A stretch of 64,000 nt of DNA from positions 1,560,814 through 1,624,813 of the forward strand of contig MU004240.1 in the NCBI GenBank assembly GCA_010405405.1. Reading direction: 5' to 3'. Every line of letters begins with the position of its first letter. Within the stretch, counting starts at the first letter, position 1. Positions 38,104 through 50,475 of this stretch are shown one piece after another. The position numbers were made by a program, and so were the translations under genes. Source of the DNA: Microthyrium microscopicum. Its lineage: Eukaryota. The notes below the pieces were generated by a model. That model was given only the letters and a program-made list of their open reading frames with translations. It was not told the DNA's origin and ran no database searches.

Positions 38104-40264
38104 GAATCCGAAAGAGGGAAGGATTGGGAAAGGGAGAGATCAAGTAGAGAGAGTGTATGGGGATTATTGACGGGAGGGGGGAGGATGGCAAGGCTTGTCC
38201 GGTGTCAGGTCAGGTTCAATTCTCTCTGGTAATACTGAGTACGAAACGGGTTGGTGGGCTGAATTGGTAACTGGCAGGTACACTGGACTGGGCACTGAAA
38301 GGGCAGGCAGGCTGGGCTGAGAGGGGAAGGATTATTGGGGGGCAGAGGGCAATGAAGGAAGGAACGACGAGGGAGTTTGGCAAGTGCAGCACAACCGCAC
38401 AGGCAAGAACGACTGGAAATTTAGCAAGAGCTATCCTGTGTTCCGTAGACCGCAGGCACGTTGCAGAGAAAAGGCAAGACACTAAAGAGCCCACCAAAGA
38501 AGGAAGGCGCAGCAGATTGGTGGTGGCAGGAGCAGTCTGAGTAAAGACATCTTGGCCTTCAAATGTTGTCAGCCAGCTTTAAGCCGTGATTGAACTAGGA
38601 AGAAAGACACAAAGCCAACACCATCAATTCATCCCGATATATTATCTACTAATTCATTCTTAGTTTCCGCGTGTACAACTCACTTGCGTACAATGTGTCG
38701 ATAGCTAATAATCATCTCCATCTCCTACCTGGCATACATTCAAATATCATCAATGCGCCGCATACGAATTCTGTCAGAGCAATGTCCAAGGTTGATTTTG
38801 AATCCTGTCAGACATCATTTGCGGCTGTGAACTCTAGCCGTGGAAGACTGCCCTCTACCAGGTCTGAGCTTTTGGCCGCCTGTCTCAGGCTGTGTACTCC
38901 CAAACTGACGACAAGTCTCGTGTACGGATACAATGTCTCCCGTCTTGTATCTTGTTGTACAGCTCTTGATCCAGACAATCTAGAACGAACAAGATGAGTT
39001 ATGTTTGGGGGGCAAAGGATCAAGGCAAAGCTCGAAGCTGTCAAACTCAACCCCTCAACCACGCCTTATATTGGGCATCTGTAGGAATATGCCGGAGTGA
39101 TCCATCATCCGGGGTTGAATGGCGGGGCCTCTTCCCAAAGATCGCCAATGCTTTTCTCCAAGCCTCCACATCTTAACAACGACGACACAAAAACACCATT
39201 GAATTTGAGGCGAAGTATGGACAAGTACTCTAATGTCAATTCCATCTTCAACAGGATTTCAAAATCTTCAACTACCATTTACTCGACCGGCTCCTGTATG
39301 AAATCAAGCCGCCTATCCCCATTTCCAGCATCTTCGCTAACTGTGGGGGCCAGTATCAAGCCAAGCTCGCTAGCCCTTTTTATAGCGCTGTACTCTCGGT
39401 TTGTTCAATATTTGGCCCATGTTTCAAGAATCCTCAACAATTCCTGCATATTTCTTCATATCTATTGATATTGATCAGCAACCTCATAGCCGGCACGATC
39501 TTTGGTGAAAAGTTCGAAGACTCAGGTTGAAAGAAAAGTCTGGTTGAGATTCAAGAGGGTTTTATACGAGATGGGCTTGACGACTTCTCAAGCGAACACC
39601 AACCCCCTACTTCGTACCTATTAGTACGTATCGGCTACAAGTTCTCCATTGACTAGAAAACAGGCCTCTTCTCTCAGTGTCTGCAAGCTTCTGGCAGTCA
39701 CGCATTAAGACCTCTACAAAGCACAGCAGATGTGCTTTTCCAGAAAGTGGGGATGCCGATATGCATGATGTTCTAAATATATAAGAGCTTGGGAAGGGGT
39801 GGGTTACTGTCAGCCGCAAGCTCTAACCATGAACAGTCAAATGTTCGCCTTGACCTACTCTGGAGTCCCTTTCAGTACACGATTTTATGGAAAGTTGATC
39901 TTTTCTTATTATGGCACTACTGCAGGATAGATCTGACAAATGCTTGGTACAAATGGTGGGATATCCCCAGATAAGCTCAGTGATGACGCCGAACTCCTTG
40001 CTGCGCTGGTTGAAATATTTATACAAGGAGATCTCCCTCTTGAATGGAGACTGAACCCTCCGACTCGGGAAGTAACAGACGATGAGAAAGGAAAATTACG
40101 AGGGTATCGTACCAACGAAAGCAGACTACAGGTAACCGAAAGCCAGAATGTTCTGATCATACACAAGCAGCCTAATGGGGCAGAAAACTTTGCAAAACTC
40201 CTCCCAACAGCGATGCTCTTTGCGACGTATTCAGCGGTTCCATATCGTGGAAACACGACAGTCT

Positions 40265-40975
40265 TCATGCTGAGGATGTAGCGTATTCCGAGATGGATAT
40301 GTCATCTCGTTCTGTCGAGCCTCGCCCAGGAATTTCGCCAGCCCCTCCACCCACGCCACGAAAGTCCATAGAATCAGGAGCTACCGGTGGTCGGTGTGAA
40401 TTGGCAGATGATGATTCCGGGGTGTTTCTTCCCCAATGAAATTTCGAGTCATCTCCACTCATTTGATGAGCAACAACAGGTCTCATTAAGTAAGTGATCG
40501 CTCCACTTGGACCTGCAGCATTCTCCAAGGCTTTACTGGTATGGCCTTCTGGCTGCGCCGCAGAACCAGTCCCCTCGGGGTTGATAGTTGGCGAATCAGG
40601 AGTCGTTGGATGAGAATCCATGCCTGGGGTTGCAGGTGTTTGCACAGTATCGTTCGCGGAAGTGGTCGAGTTCTTCCTGTGCTCCCTCTTATATGCGCGG
40701 ACTCTTCTACCAAAACTTCGCGCCCATGCTGGAATACGACGTTTATTTTGGCGGAAGAAGGCTTTCACGCGGTTCCTCAGACCCCGACGATTAGTGGCGC
40801 TGGGCTCTGCTTCCAGATTGGGAACACGACTGGATACCATCTGTGAAGTTCCTGTCTCAGCCCTTGGAGTCTGAGCATCTTGGCCATGCTTCTCAAAGTC
40901 ATCATGCGACGGCCTGGCTGTGGTCTGACTGCCTTCCGGTTTTCCTGGCAATTGCAGGGTAGTTTGCTGATCCAT
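40265..40975 (-). CDS. Hypothetical low-complexity protein (possibly the last exon of a longer orphan gene)
   Basis: 236-aa ORF of disordered S/T/P/R-rich composition. No family motif recognised. Confidence 0.35.
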   Translation of the reverse strand: MDQQTTLQLPGKPEGSQTTARPSHDDFEKHGQDAQTPRAETGTSQMVSSRVPNLEAEPSATNRRGLRNRVKAFFRQNKRRIPAWARSFGRRVRAYKREHRKNSTTSANDTVQTPATPGMDSHPTTPDSPTINPEGTGSAAQPEGHTSKALENAAGPSGAITYLMRPVVAHQMSGDDSKFHWGRNTPESSSANSHRPPVAPDSMDFRGVGGGAGEIPGRGSTERDDISISEYATSSA

Positions 40976-43900
40976 GGGTCTCGTTTCTGGCTCGCTTTCA
41001 GATGACGTGGAGTGAAAGCGTTAGGCGAAGATTCTTCACTGTTTGTCATCTGCTGTTTCCTTGGAGAGCGATGTCAATGACGAGACTTGGGCTACTGCAG
41101 TGCGATATGAACCGCACAGGCACTTGATGGGGTTCAAGTCTTCCTCGAATGTCTCTGAGCCGGATCCTACTCTTGACTGTCTTTCGGGCAGTTACAACAG
41201 TGATAGCAGGCCGTGGAGAATCGGGAAGAACTTTGTGCTCTCAGATATCTTCCGAAAGCTACAAGTGTGTAATTCGTGGTGATCGGGGGACGGAGAGTTG
41301 ACTGACAGAGCTCGGCGAGCGGATATCGTCCTTCTGAAAAGGATTTTCACCTACAAGATGGTCAGAGATGGTCTTGAAAGTAAGGGAGAGAGCTTGAGGC
41401 CATGCTCAAGATCGCGTACCCGAAGAAGTCAAGTCACATTATGCTCATGCTCACGAAGCTTGTGATAATGGTGGTCAAGGACTGTTGCTACCAGACAAGT
41501 GCCGATACAAGCGGAATGGTAGTATCTAAGGTTTGCTTACGCGCTGTTCAATAGCCTTCGGGGGATTGAGCCTCTATAGTCTAGTATGTGTATAACGTAG
41601 TATTGATGAAAAGTAGTGGTGTGGCGGTGCAAGAGGATACACAGAACACTCGGTGAGTAGGACTAGAATAAGTATGAAGACTTGACAGGTTGGAGATTAT
41701 GCGAATCAGCGTAGAAAGGTTTAGAAATTGGACTCAAAGCCATGGAAAGGGGCCAGGCTGTTATTATCAACTACCAGACAAATCCGTGAAACTCATGTCC
41801 GGCCTCCTGGACTGCTAGGCCCTTGATACTGCCATCATACATATTTCAAAGCCTTGAAATGAGGCTAAGTACTATATGTGAATTGGTTGCCACGAGAGAG
41901 GCGCATGCTCTGTAAACATTTACCGGCAGTTCCCCCTAGATCAGACACTGGTCAGTGGTGGATGACCTCTGTGTGAGCCTCGAGGCTGATTTTCTACCTC
42001 TATATAGGAAATGGTTTACTGGCGGCATTATGCCTCGCGCTCATACCGGTAGCCCTGTCCTATTTGCCTACAGTAATCTAGAATATGTACCTACTTATAC
42101 CTACCAACTTCCTTCAGCCGCGCCTGGTAGAATCATTCCACATGTTTCAGCATCGATTGACAACGTCACTCTATTCTGTCTGGCTCTGGTGACCTTGTTG
42201 ATCGCTCCAACTCGAGTATCATGGGGTCTGTGATCCGATTCCACAACACCAGATGACAATTCAGTCGGTCATAACTTTATACAATTTCGGACAAATAATC
42301 TCGCAGTAGGCAACTCATTACAATCAATATCAGCCTTGCGAAATAGGAGTCGAATCTTCCTTTCGATGCCTAGAATGTGGCGGAGTGTAAGTTCGAATTT
42401 TTCTAGCCTTATTCCTATCCATATCCGAACTGTTTTTGATCAGTCTGCATGTAATAGTTCCTGAAGTTGTTGAAGTCTCTGTATCGCATGAGTTTATTTG
42501 ATCAAGTTCACTGCGCCTTGTAGTATTCTTCCACTATGATGGTCCGATGGAGTTTATTCACCGCAGAGAGTGCTAAAAGAAGATTACGACAGGCAATTGT
42601 AGCTCTGCTAACTTAGACTATGAGGCTTGCTATCAACTTGGCCCTGCTACCAAGAATAGACAATCTAGGAATACAATATAACAGTGCTGTCATGTCATTG
42701 CGCGCCTTCCGTTTAAGCTTCACACTCCGACTTTGTACGAATCTTCTACCTGTTAGGGGAGCGCGCGACGAGAGACTGCAGCACTACTAAGAAGCGTTTG
42801 TTGTATGTATCGCTTATGTATTACTCTTATGTAGTAGACTAGTAGTTGGACTGTAGTTGGTTCGCATACTCCGTGCTGGTACCTTACCTTACCTCTCATG
42901 CGGAGCCATGCCTTGATACTTTGATAGGGGTCCCCGGGCTAGAGCAAGAGTACTCAGGGCCATTGCAACCTCCTCGAAATAAAGCAAGTTGAAGCTTGTT
43001 GTTTGTTACCTAAACGACCATCGCTAACATTCGGCCCTTTTAAAAGATGGAGTTTCGTTTATTTCTTGGCATCACCGAACCATTGAAACTTGCATTCATC
43101 AAGGCTGTTCAGTCACAAGTCGTACACAGGCAGGAGTAGTAGTTAGATAGTGTTTTCCGAATCCTTCAGACACTATCTCTTCTCTCCTTCAAGATCGCTT
43201 CTAGGATATTTGCGGATGATCTCGCTTCCTTCTTGCATACTCGCATGGATACAACCTCCAACTAAGGTTAGATTTAGGCCACCTCCTGCCACGAGGCCCA
43301 CGACGTTGTGAATCTGTGCTCTGCATCTTTTGGCCGAGAAAGCAGCCCGCTTAGCCACATGAAGTAGCCTCACGTTGCGAGGCTTTTTGCTAACCGTTGG
43401 AAGCGCAACAAGGTGAAGAAAAGGAGAGCCAATCGTTTACAAAATTCTCCCACGATAGCTTCAGTGGCTACAATCAGGCCATTGTCAAGAATACCAAGTT
43501 ACCAAGTAAGCCAGCAATTATCTTTTTCACGAATTGTTCGAACAGTCCGCGCAAACCACGCACTTTGGGTAGTTCCTGCTCGCAATCAATGATCTGAACT
43601 GTCCTTGACATGCATCGAACAATGCTGAAAAGCACAATTCCTTCCATTCAGTCAAGGATCGTCAGGCGCGCAAGCTTTATGCTGAGGGGTAACTTCAAAG
43701 GGAGATGCTAAAACAAATCCCTCCATGTCATTGGTAAGGTATCAAAGAGCCCAGTAAATGCGATCTCCATGCTTTAACAGTTCGTGGCGCCATGTCTCGA
43801 GTCAGGCAGCTAATCTTCCCCACGGGGACAAATGAAAACGCGATAATTCAGCCAAGCGATGGTTTAAGGCACACATTTTCCAACTGCTCAAAGAGAGCCT

Positions 43901-44273
43901 GCCACCCACGCTGCTCCTTTCCACTGCTCTGGGCGCACTAAATTATCTGCAACTGTCATTGATCTTGCCCAGTGGTAACTGCAGGATGGTACATATTCCT
44001 GCCTGAACCCATTCGTCAGCGTGAGAATCTTCATTGCTCACACTTGTGAGGTCCAACAGCAAGACTCCTTCATTCCACTAGGACGTCCGCGTGTGTATAC
44101 CTGCCTCGAGGCAGGAGCGAAGGGCGTATTCTAGTATCGATCTAGATGCCGTGTCACCTTCAATATAATCCGCAATACGATCCCGCTGAACACAACCAGA
44201 CGACTGGAAGGATGGTACCCCGATAGGTTTGGAGCTGCTGCAGTGCCAGCGTGCCACGAGGGAATCGAGCAAC

Positions 44274-45929
44274 ATGGGCGTCTTCAAACCAACTCCTTCC
44301 GATGTCCTTATTCATTGGCCCAAGCCCAACTACGTCAATCCGGTAACCAGAGGTCCGGAGCTTCTCATCGTAACGGCTACATTTCTTGGAATCTCTACAA
44401 TCGTCGTCTTTTGTCGTCTCTACGCCCGACTTGTAATTCGAAGATGGCTTGGGTTGGACGATGTCCTTATATTTCTTGCTTGGGTATGTGATGTCATCTG
44501 GAAAGTTCGAGGGTACAACTGATTGATTATTATAGATGGCAAGTGTCGGCGTAACGAGCGCAGTCGATTATGGCTTCACTCATGTAGGATGGGACAAGCA
44601 CATTTGGGATTTGACGATCCCTAATTACATGGGTATGAAGCTCTGTCTAATGTTCTGAATGATGCTGATCTGATATGAACAGATTCTGGCAAACCTCTCT
44701 TTGCTTCCTGTTTTTGCTGGGCCGTCTCATCTTCCTGCGTCCGATTATCGTTACTCTCATTTTATTTTCGCCTTGCAGAACATATTCAAATGGGATACCG
44801 CTGGATTTTGTATACTGTTATTGGTGTATCTGTTTTGTTTTTGGTCGCATATCTCTTGCCACTCATCTTTATGTGCATGTAAGTACCGATTACACAAAAT
44901 CATCTCTGGAGGCTAGACCAAGCTGACATATTATGACTGCAGACCACTTCAAGCGCTATGGAAATACCCACCAGATCCAAATGCCAAATGTCTGGACTTG
45001 GGAGCATTTATGCTGTCCATGAGCATTATAAAGTAAGTCAAGTCAAGTTCCGTCCGTGGAATTTCCTATTGACATCCTTCAGTACGGTTCTTGAGCTCAT
45101 AGTCGCGATACTTCCCATACCAGCTATATTCATTCTAGATATGGATCCAAGGCAAAGATACAGCGTGATCGGCTTGCTGTCACTAGGCTTCTTCGTCTTT
45201 GCAGTCGGTTGCGTTCGGTGTTACTACGTTTATGCAAGTTTACTAGGAACCTGGGACATAACTTGGCAAGCATATCCGCATTGGATCTGTTCAGAGATCG
45301 AGATCAATCTCGCTTTAGTATGTGCTTGTGCTCCAGCTCTGCGTCCAGTTCTAGGCCGCCTCTTCAGCGCTCGCCCCATCAAGCCAAAGGACACGTCCAC
45401 AACGCTCGTCAACAGCATACCAACAATCACATTGCGACCAAAAGAAGGAGCGACTTATTCTGTAGGCGCATCGTTAGTTTGGTTTGACTTGGAAGGCATC
45501 GCAGACGATGGCTTGGGATATACCGTTAGCATCACAGCGAACGGCAAACACCTCGCATCAAGGCATAGAAGTACACGAAGCATTATCAGAAAATCGTTTC
45601 AGAAGGATCCCTCGACTCTGCTCAACACCTACTCTGCATCCGATATACACTCACAGAACTCCATGGAGCTGGAGAGTACCGCCGGCATTGTCGAAAGACT
45701 GAGTTTGGAAATCACCGAGACTTTCCAGGGCAAGACTGAGAACATGACTTGGAAAACAGCTAGCGAAGAGGGTGATTGGGTTGATCTGAGGACGGTCAAA
45801 GTCCCACTGAAGAAGAATTTGGCTGCAAAGCCCGAGTCCAGTTTGTCTAACGATGACACAATCAAAGTCTCTAGCGAAGAGCCAGAGGGGCATTCGAAAT
45901 TCGGGTTGTCGACTCCTAAGCCACCTTGA
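44274..45929 (+). CDS. PTH11-like integral membrane protein (fungal rhodopsin-domain GPCR-like, no CFEM), multi-intron
   Basis: WPKPNYVNPVTRG, RLYAR...LGLDD, GWDKHIWD, C-x-P-L-x-A-x-W, LPIP, LLSLG...GCVR, W...EINLALVCACAPALRP. Confidence 0.9.
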
Positions 45930-46493
45930 AGATACTCCAAGGCTTAAACACAAATCAGCATCAACTTCAAAGAATTGGGCATGGTATACGATAGGGTCAG
46001 TCCCGTTCACATATGAACAGACAGAAATGGCTCAAACTATACGTTAAGAAGCGATACACGTATCTGAAAATACCCTCTCAAGAGTTATACCCAGGCACAG
46101 ATTCATGTAAAGTCTACTTCAGGCACCTGGGCAGTGTTGGAGACCTACACACTACATAGTGCTGTAGATAGATACCCATATCTCAGGTTCTGTCAGGCAA
46201 GTAATACGATGTTCAAGATTCACATGTACATATTTTAGGTAGGTACCCATATAAAATACGCATTTCATGTCATTCATTTAAGAAGTCAAAATGTCATTGA
46301 TATATCATACAGACTACCATAATCCGAAACCCAGTTTCAACCATTGTTGCCTTCCTCCCTTCCAGGTGTCACAGACCCGAAAATCACTAGAATATAAAAC
46401 CAGCTACAACTCCCAACTGCAGCATAAGAAAGTAACCCAAATCCGCCTTATCCCCCCGATCTTCTTACCCACCATCTTGTTCTCAATATCCCA

Positions 46494-47684
46494 TCACCGT
46501 CCAAAAACCCACCCAACCAACTCCCAAAAAGCCCACAACGGCGCAAAAGCCCGCAACACCGCATCCCGCACTGCAGCAACGACATTCCACACACAGGCTG
46601 CCAGATACAATATTAACAGCATTTTGGCTGTCCATAGACTCCAGCGCGCTATATGTTCGCGGTTTTCTTGGCGGATTGCATCTTCGATGAATGTGAAGAA
46701 GAGGGCGAAGTAGACGGATGGGTCGAGGAGGTATTTGTACCGTGACGGTTGAGTAGATGCTGGTTGTGTTGTGATACGGGTGGTGGGATGGGTTTTCGGA
46801 TGTGGGGGGTTGTTGAGGTTTGATTTACTTGCTTTGCTGGGTAGGGCGGTGGACTTGGTAGGGGATTTGGTGGTGGTTGTGGTTCGTTGGCGCGAAGGTT
46901 GTTGAGGTGATGGTGAGGGCGGTGGAGATTGGTCGTCCCATGGTGAGCCGAGGATGGGTGATTCGGGGATTAGTTCGGGGAGTGTTTCTGGCGGTGGTGT
47001 AGGAGGGGAGTGGGTGGTGTCGTTTTCGTCCCAGTCAAAGGCACTGATGTTGGAGTTGCGGCTGTGTGGTGTTGTTGGTGCGGATGGGACGGGTTTGCGC
47101 ACGATGGCGAGTTGGCGGGCTTGTTTGATGGGCGAAGAGGCAATGAAGCCTTTCGAGTCAATGGGTAGTACACGTTTTGGTGCTGGCGAGGGACTTTGGG
47201 CTTCAGTATGGGCTGCGGTGTGGGAGTATGCTGATTCAGTGTCCAGTTCAACGATACGTTGGTGTTCTAAACGGGGTGAGTGGTCAGGCCAATCTTTCCA
47301 GTTGACGTATTCTTGGGATGAGAGGCGGCGGGTTTTGGCCTGATAGTGTCGGAGACTTGCTATTTGGCTTTCGGAATACTTGTTGATATTGGGACGAACA
47401 ATGTATTCAGTGCCGTGGCGATGGTGGCCAGGCCGTTGAAATTTGATACCACTTGGGCTCCTGTGTTCTCGCATTTGGCGATGAAGGATAGGCACTTCCG
47501 ATGCGGATATTGAGCGAGTGACTACGGCCCCAAAAGCTTTAGAGTTGTCGACTATCCATCCCTCTCTGTGTAGATGGCTCTTCTTGCCTTTGCGGTCAGC
47601 TGGTCCAAAGGAGACTTTGGTGCGAGCATGAAAAGGGGGATATCTGGAGAGCGCATCTCCAGGAGATAGTGGTGTGGAGATCAT
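46494..47684 (-). CDS. Hypothetical protein, P/S/T-rich with a C-terminal hydrophobic (probable TM) segment
   Basis: 396-aa single ORF ending in MLLILYLAACVWNVVAAVRDAVLRAFAPLWAFWELVGWVF. Confidence 0.65.
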   Translation of the reverse strand: MISTPLSPGDALSRYPPFHARTKVSFGPADRKGKKSHLHREGWIVDNSKAFGAVVTRSISASEVPILHRQMREHRSPSGIKFQRPGHHRHGTEYIVRPNINKYSESQIASLRHYQAKTRRLSSQEYVNWKDWPDHSPRLEHQRIVELDTESAYSHTAAHTEAQSPSPAPKRVLPIDSKGFIASSPIKQARQLAIVRKPVPSAPTTPHSRNSNISAFDWDENDTTHSPPTPPPETLPELIPESPILGSPWDDQSPPPSPSPQQPSRQRTTTTTKSPTKSTALPSKASKSNLNNPPHPKTHPTTRITTQPASTQPSRYKYLLDPSVYFALFFTFIEDAIRQENREHIARWSLWTAKMLLILYLAACVWNVVAAVRDAVLRAFAPLWAFWELVGWVFGR

Positions 47685-48031
47685 GATGGTTGAAGTTGTG
47701 ATTCATGGTTGAATCGGCGTGGTCATTCGCGAGTCTGCGTTTAATTAATCTTCAGCTGATTGTTGTCAACACTGAAAGTACACGATAGAATCCTTGACAT
47801 GATTGGGTCGCTCGGCTATGATTCCGCATTCCTTGATGTCAATAGGTGCTGTAGTGATCAAGGAATGCTAGCAAAACATCGGCGATTTGAAATTAGAGTA
47901 TGGTATTTATTAGCGTTAGTGGTATGTCTTCAAACATGTTTGTTGTTACAGTATGTAGTACCGATCGTGAGTTGCGTGGTATGCATAAACAGTGTGCGTT
48001 GTTATAAGTGAGCTTGTAGGACGATTTCCGA

Positions 48032-48950
48032 TCATAGCTCCTTTTTCTCCTTCTCTTCTTTTGAGGGTACAGCCATTGCTGGTCTTGATCCAGTTGCACC
48101 TCCCAAGACTTCAAACCCTTTATGAAAACTCCATTCGACGGCATGCTCAATAGGCTTGTCGAAAATATATGGAAGGAATGGAACAGCTGCAAGACCAAGC
48201 TGTCATTTGTCAGCAACATATCTCGAGCAAACTGGTTTTACTTACTCCTATGGGACCCCAAGTCCTCACTCGCACATTCTTGATATCCTTCATAGCTCTT
48301 CCAGAGTATCGTACAATAGAATGTATTGTGAAAGCAGGTAATCCCATGGACGCAACAGTTTGAAAGATGGCTCTTTGTGCCATGACTGTCCGATAGTCGT
48401 CAATCGCCGCTACTCTTCCAGGTTGAAGATGCGGTCCTGCTGATACTTGTTCGACCTTTGACTCGTGTTGATTGCCTTTGTGAGCAGCTGCAGCTAACGC
48501 TCCTTGAGGGTTGAGGACCGCTTGATTGTGCTTGTAAGCCTTGAAGCCTTCATATGCCACATCTCCTCCAATATACAGCCATGAGATTCCATAAGCTGCC
48601 CTTATCATTCCTGGATGTGCAACTGGACGAAATGACTCGCCAATGTCTGATGTGTAGGCAACATATCGATGTGCTGAGAGGAGGATTGTTCTGAAGCGGG
48701 CGGCGTAGGCAGCATATCGTACATTTGAGTCAGTCGAATCGGTATTACTAAGATGGTTATCAGCAGTTGGCAATTTAGAGCAACATTTGTTTGCTCACGG
48801 CTTTTCGTATAGAGCGTCCCAGAGCTTCTCTTCGTCATCGAGCGTGCTCTGTAGGGACTCGGGTAACTTTTTACCAACCAATGGCTTGGAGAAATCAGGT
48901 CGCGGTTCGGTCCGCTCATGAGGAATGCTATCCAGAGGGTCTTTTGCCAT
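48032..48950 (-). CDS. MTFP1: Mitochondrial fission process protein 1 (MTP18 family), 2 introns
   Basis: DSTDSNVRYAAYA, RYVAYTSDIGESFRP, RAIFQTVASMGLPAFTIHSIV, WGPIG|LGLAAVPFLPYIFDKPIEHAVE. Confidence 0.9.
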
Positions 48951-49431
48951 GATTTCGAATGCTCCTGAGTTGTTGTTTGGAAAAGAGTCTCAAAGCTCGG
49001 GTTGTCGGTTCCGGTTACGTTGATGAGGTGGGTCTACCAGGATATCTGAAGACTTGGAAAGGGCACAGACTGATATGAGCTCCACTGGTTATGCTCTCTA
49101 CTTGGCTAGATGTGACAGGGCGGTGTATGTATGGTAATATTGTAGATGTATGTTGTATGTTTTTAAAAGGCAGCCTGGAGATGCACCGGAGCTTGAGGGG
49201 CGATGATACCTTCAATAATGAACGCCACACAAAGATTGCCCTCTGACCGCCACAACCACGAGACCAACGGCGGTTGACTACAGCGCCCAGCAAGGTTCAA
49301 GACGCTTCCGGTTCCAAAACATCTCCCCTTGAAATAGCTGCCTACCAAATCCTCCAACTTCCTTTTACCACCAACAACAACTTCGTTTTTCTTACAAACC
49401 TCCTCCACCGAATATCTACTATACCACCACC

Positions 49432-50202
49432 ATGAAGTTACTCTACGTCGGCGTCCGTATCTCCATGACCTCACCCTATACCCCGCGCTGACGATGTTAT
49501 CGTAGATCCTAAAGACCAATGTTGAGCCAACAGTCGAGTTATGCTCCGAAAAGGACCTTAGCAGCTGGTCGCGATTCACACGCGGAAGGTATGACTTCAT
49601 CAACCGTCCTACCTTGATATTCAAAAACCCCAAACTAATAAGCTATCAGCGTTGAGGAGTTCATGACATTCACAGCCAAGACAATCGCCGAACGAACCCG
49701 CGCCGGCCAAAGACAAGATGTAGAAGAACGAGGTATGCCACATCGGTCGAAGCACAATATTCATCCGTACTAACGTCTCTCGTCCACAGAATACACCTTC
49801 CACGTATATACCCGCAGCGAAGGCATAACCGGCATCATAATCAGCGACCACGAATACCCCTCCCTAGTAGCCCATCAAGTCCTCTCCAAAATGTGCGACG
49901 AATTCCTCATGGACAACTCCCGCGCCTCCTGGGAATCTCAAAAGACCAACGCCTCCGTAACCTGGCCCAAGCTCAAAGAATACCTCACAAAGTACCAAGA
50001 TCCACAAGCCGCCGACAGCATCATGCGCATCCAAAATGAATTGGATGAGACGAAAATCCTGATGAAAAAGACCATTGAGAGTGTGCTGGAACGAGGCGAG
50101 AAGATTGATAGTTTGGTGAGCAAGAGTGAGGATCTGAATAGCCGGAGCAAGATGTTCTATACACAGGCGAAGAAGCAGAATTCGTGCTGTGTGGTTATGT
50201 AG
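49432..50202 (+). CDS. YKT6: Prenylated longin R-SNARE Ykt6, 3 introns
   Basis: MKLLYVG|I, EKDLSSWSRFTR, KTIAERT...GQRQDVEE, YQDPQAADSIMRIQNELDETK, LERGEKIDSLV, C-terminal CCVVM. Confidence 0.97.
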
Positions 50203-50475
50203 AGTCAGAGAGAGTTTTCATTTGGAATTGAACAGCGTCCTTGGATATTGGATGTGCGTTTTTAAGTGGAGTTTGAATGGCGTTGGGAGATGTATCGCCA
50301 GAGTGCAAGACCTAATACCATGCGAAATTAGAATATGACAATACTAAGATTGATTTATACGCAAATAATCATGACTATAAAAAATCAATACACTAGTATC
50401 TAAGTGTACACCAGTATATAGAACTCTGGCGTTAAAAAGGGTATCAAACATATACAAAAAAAACAAATCACCAAA

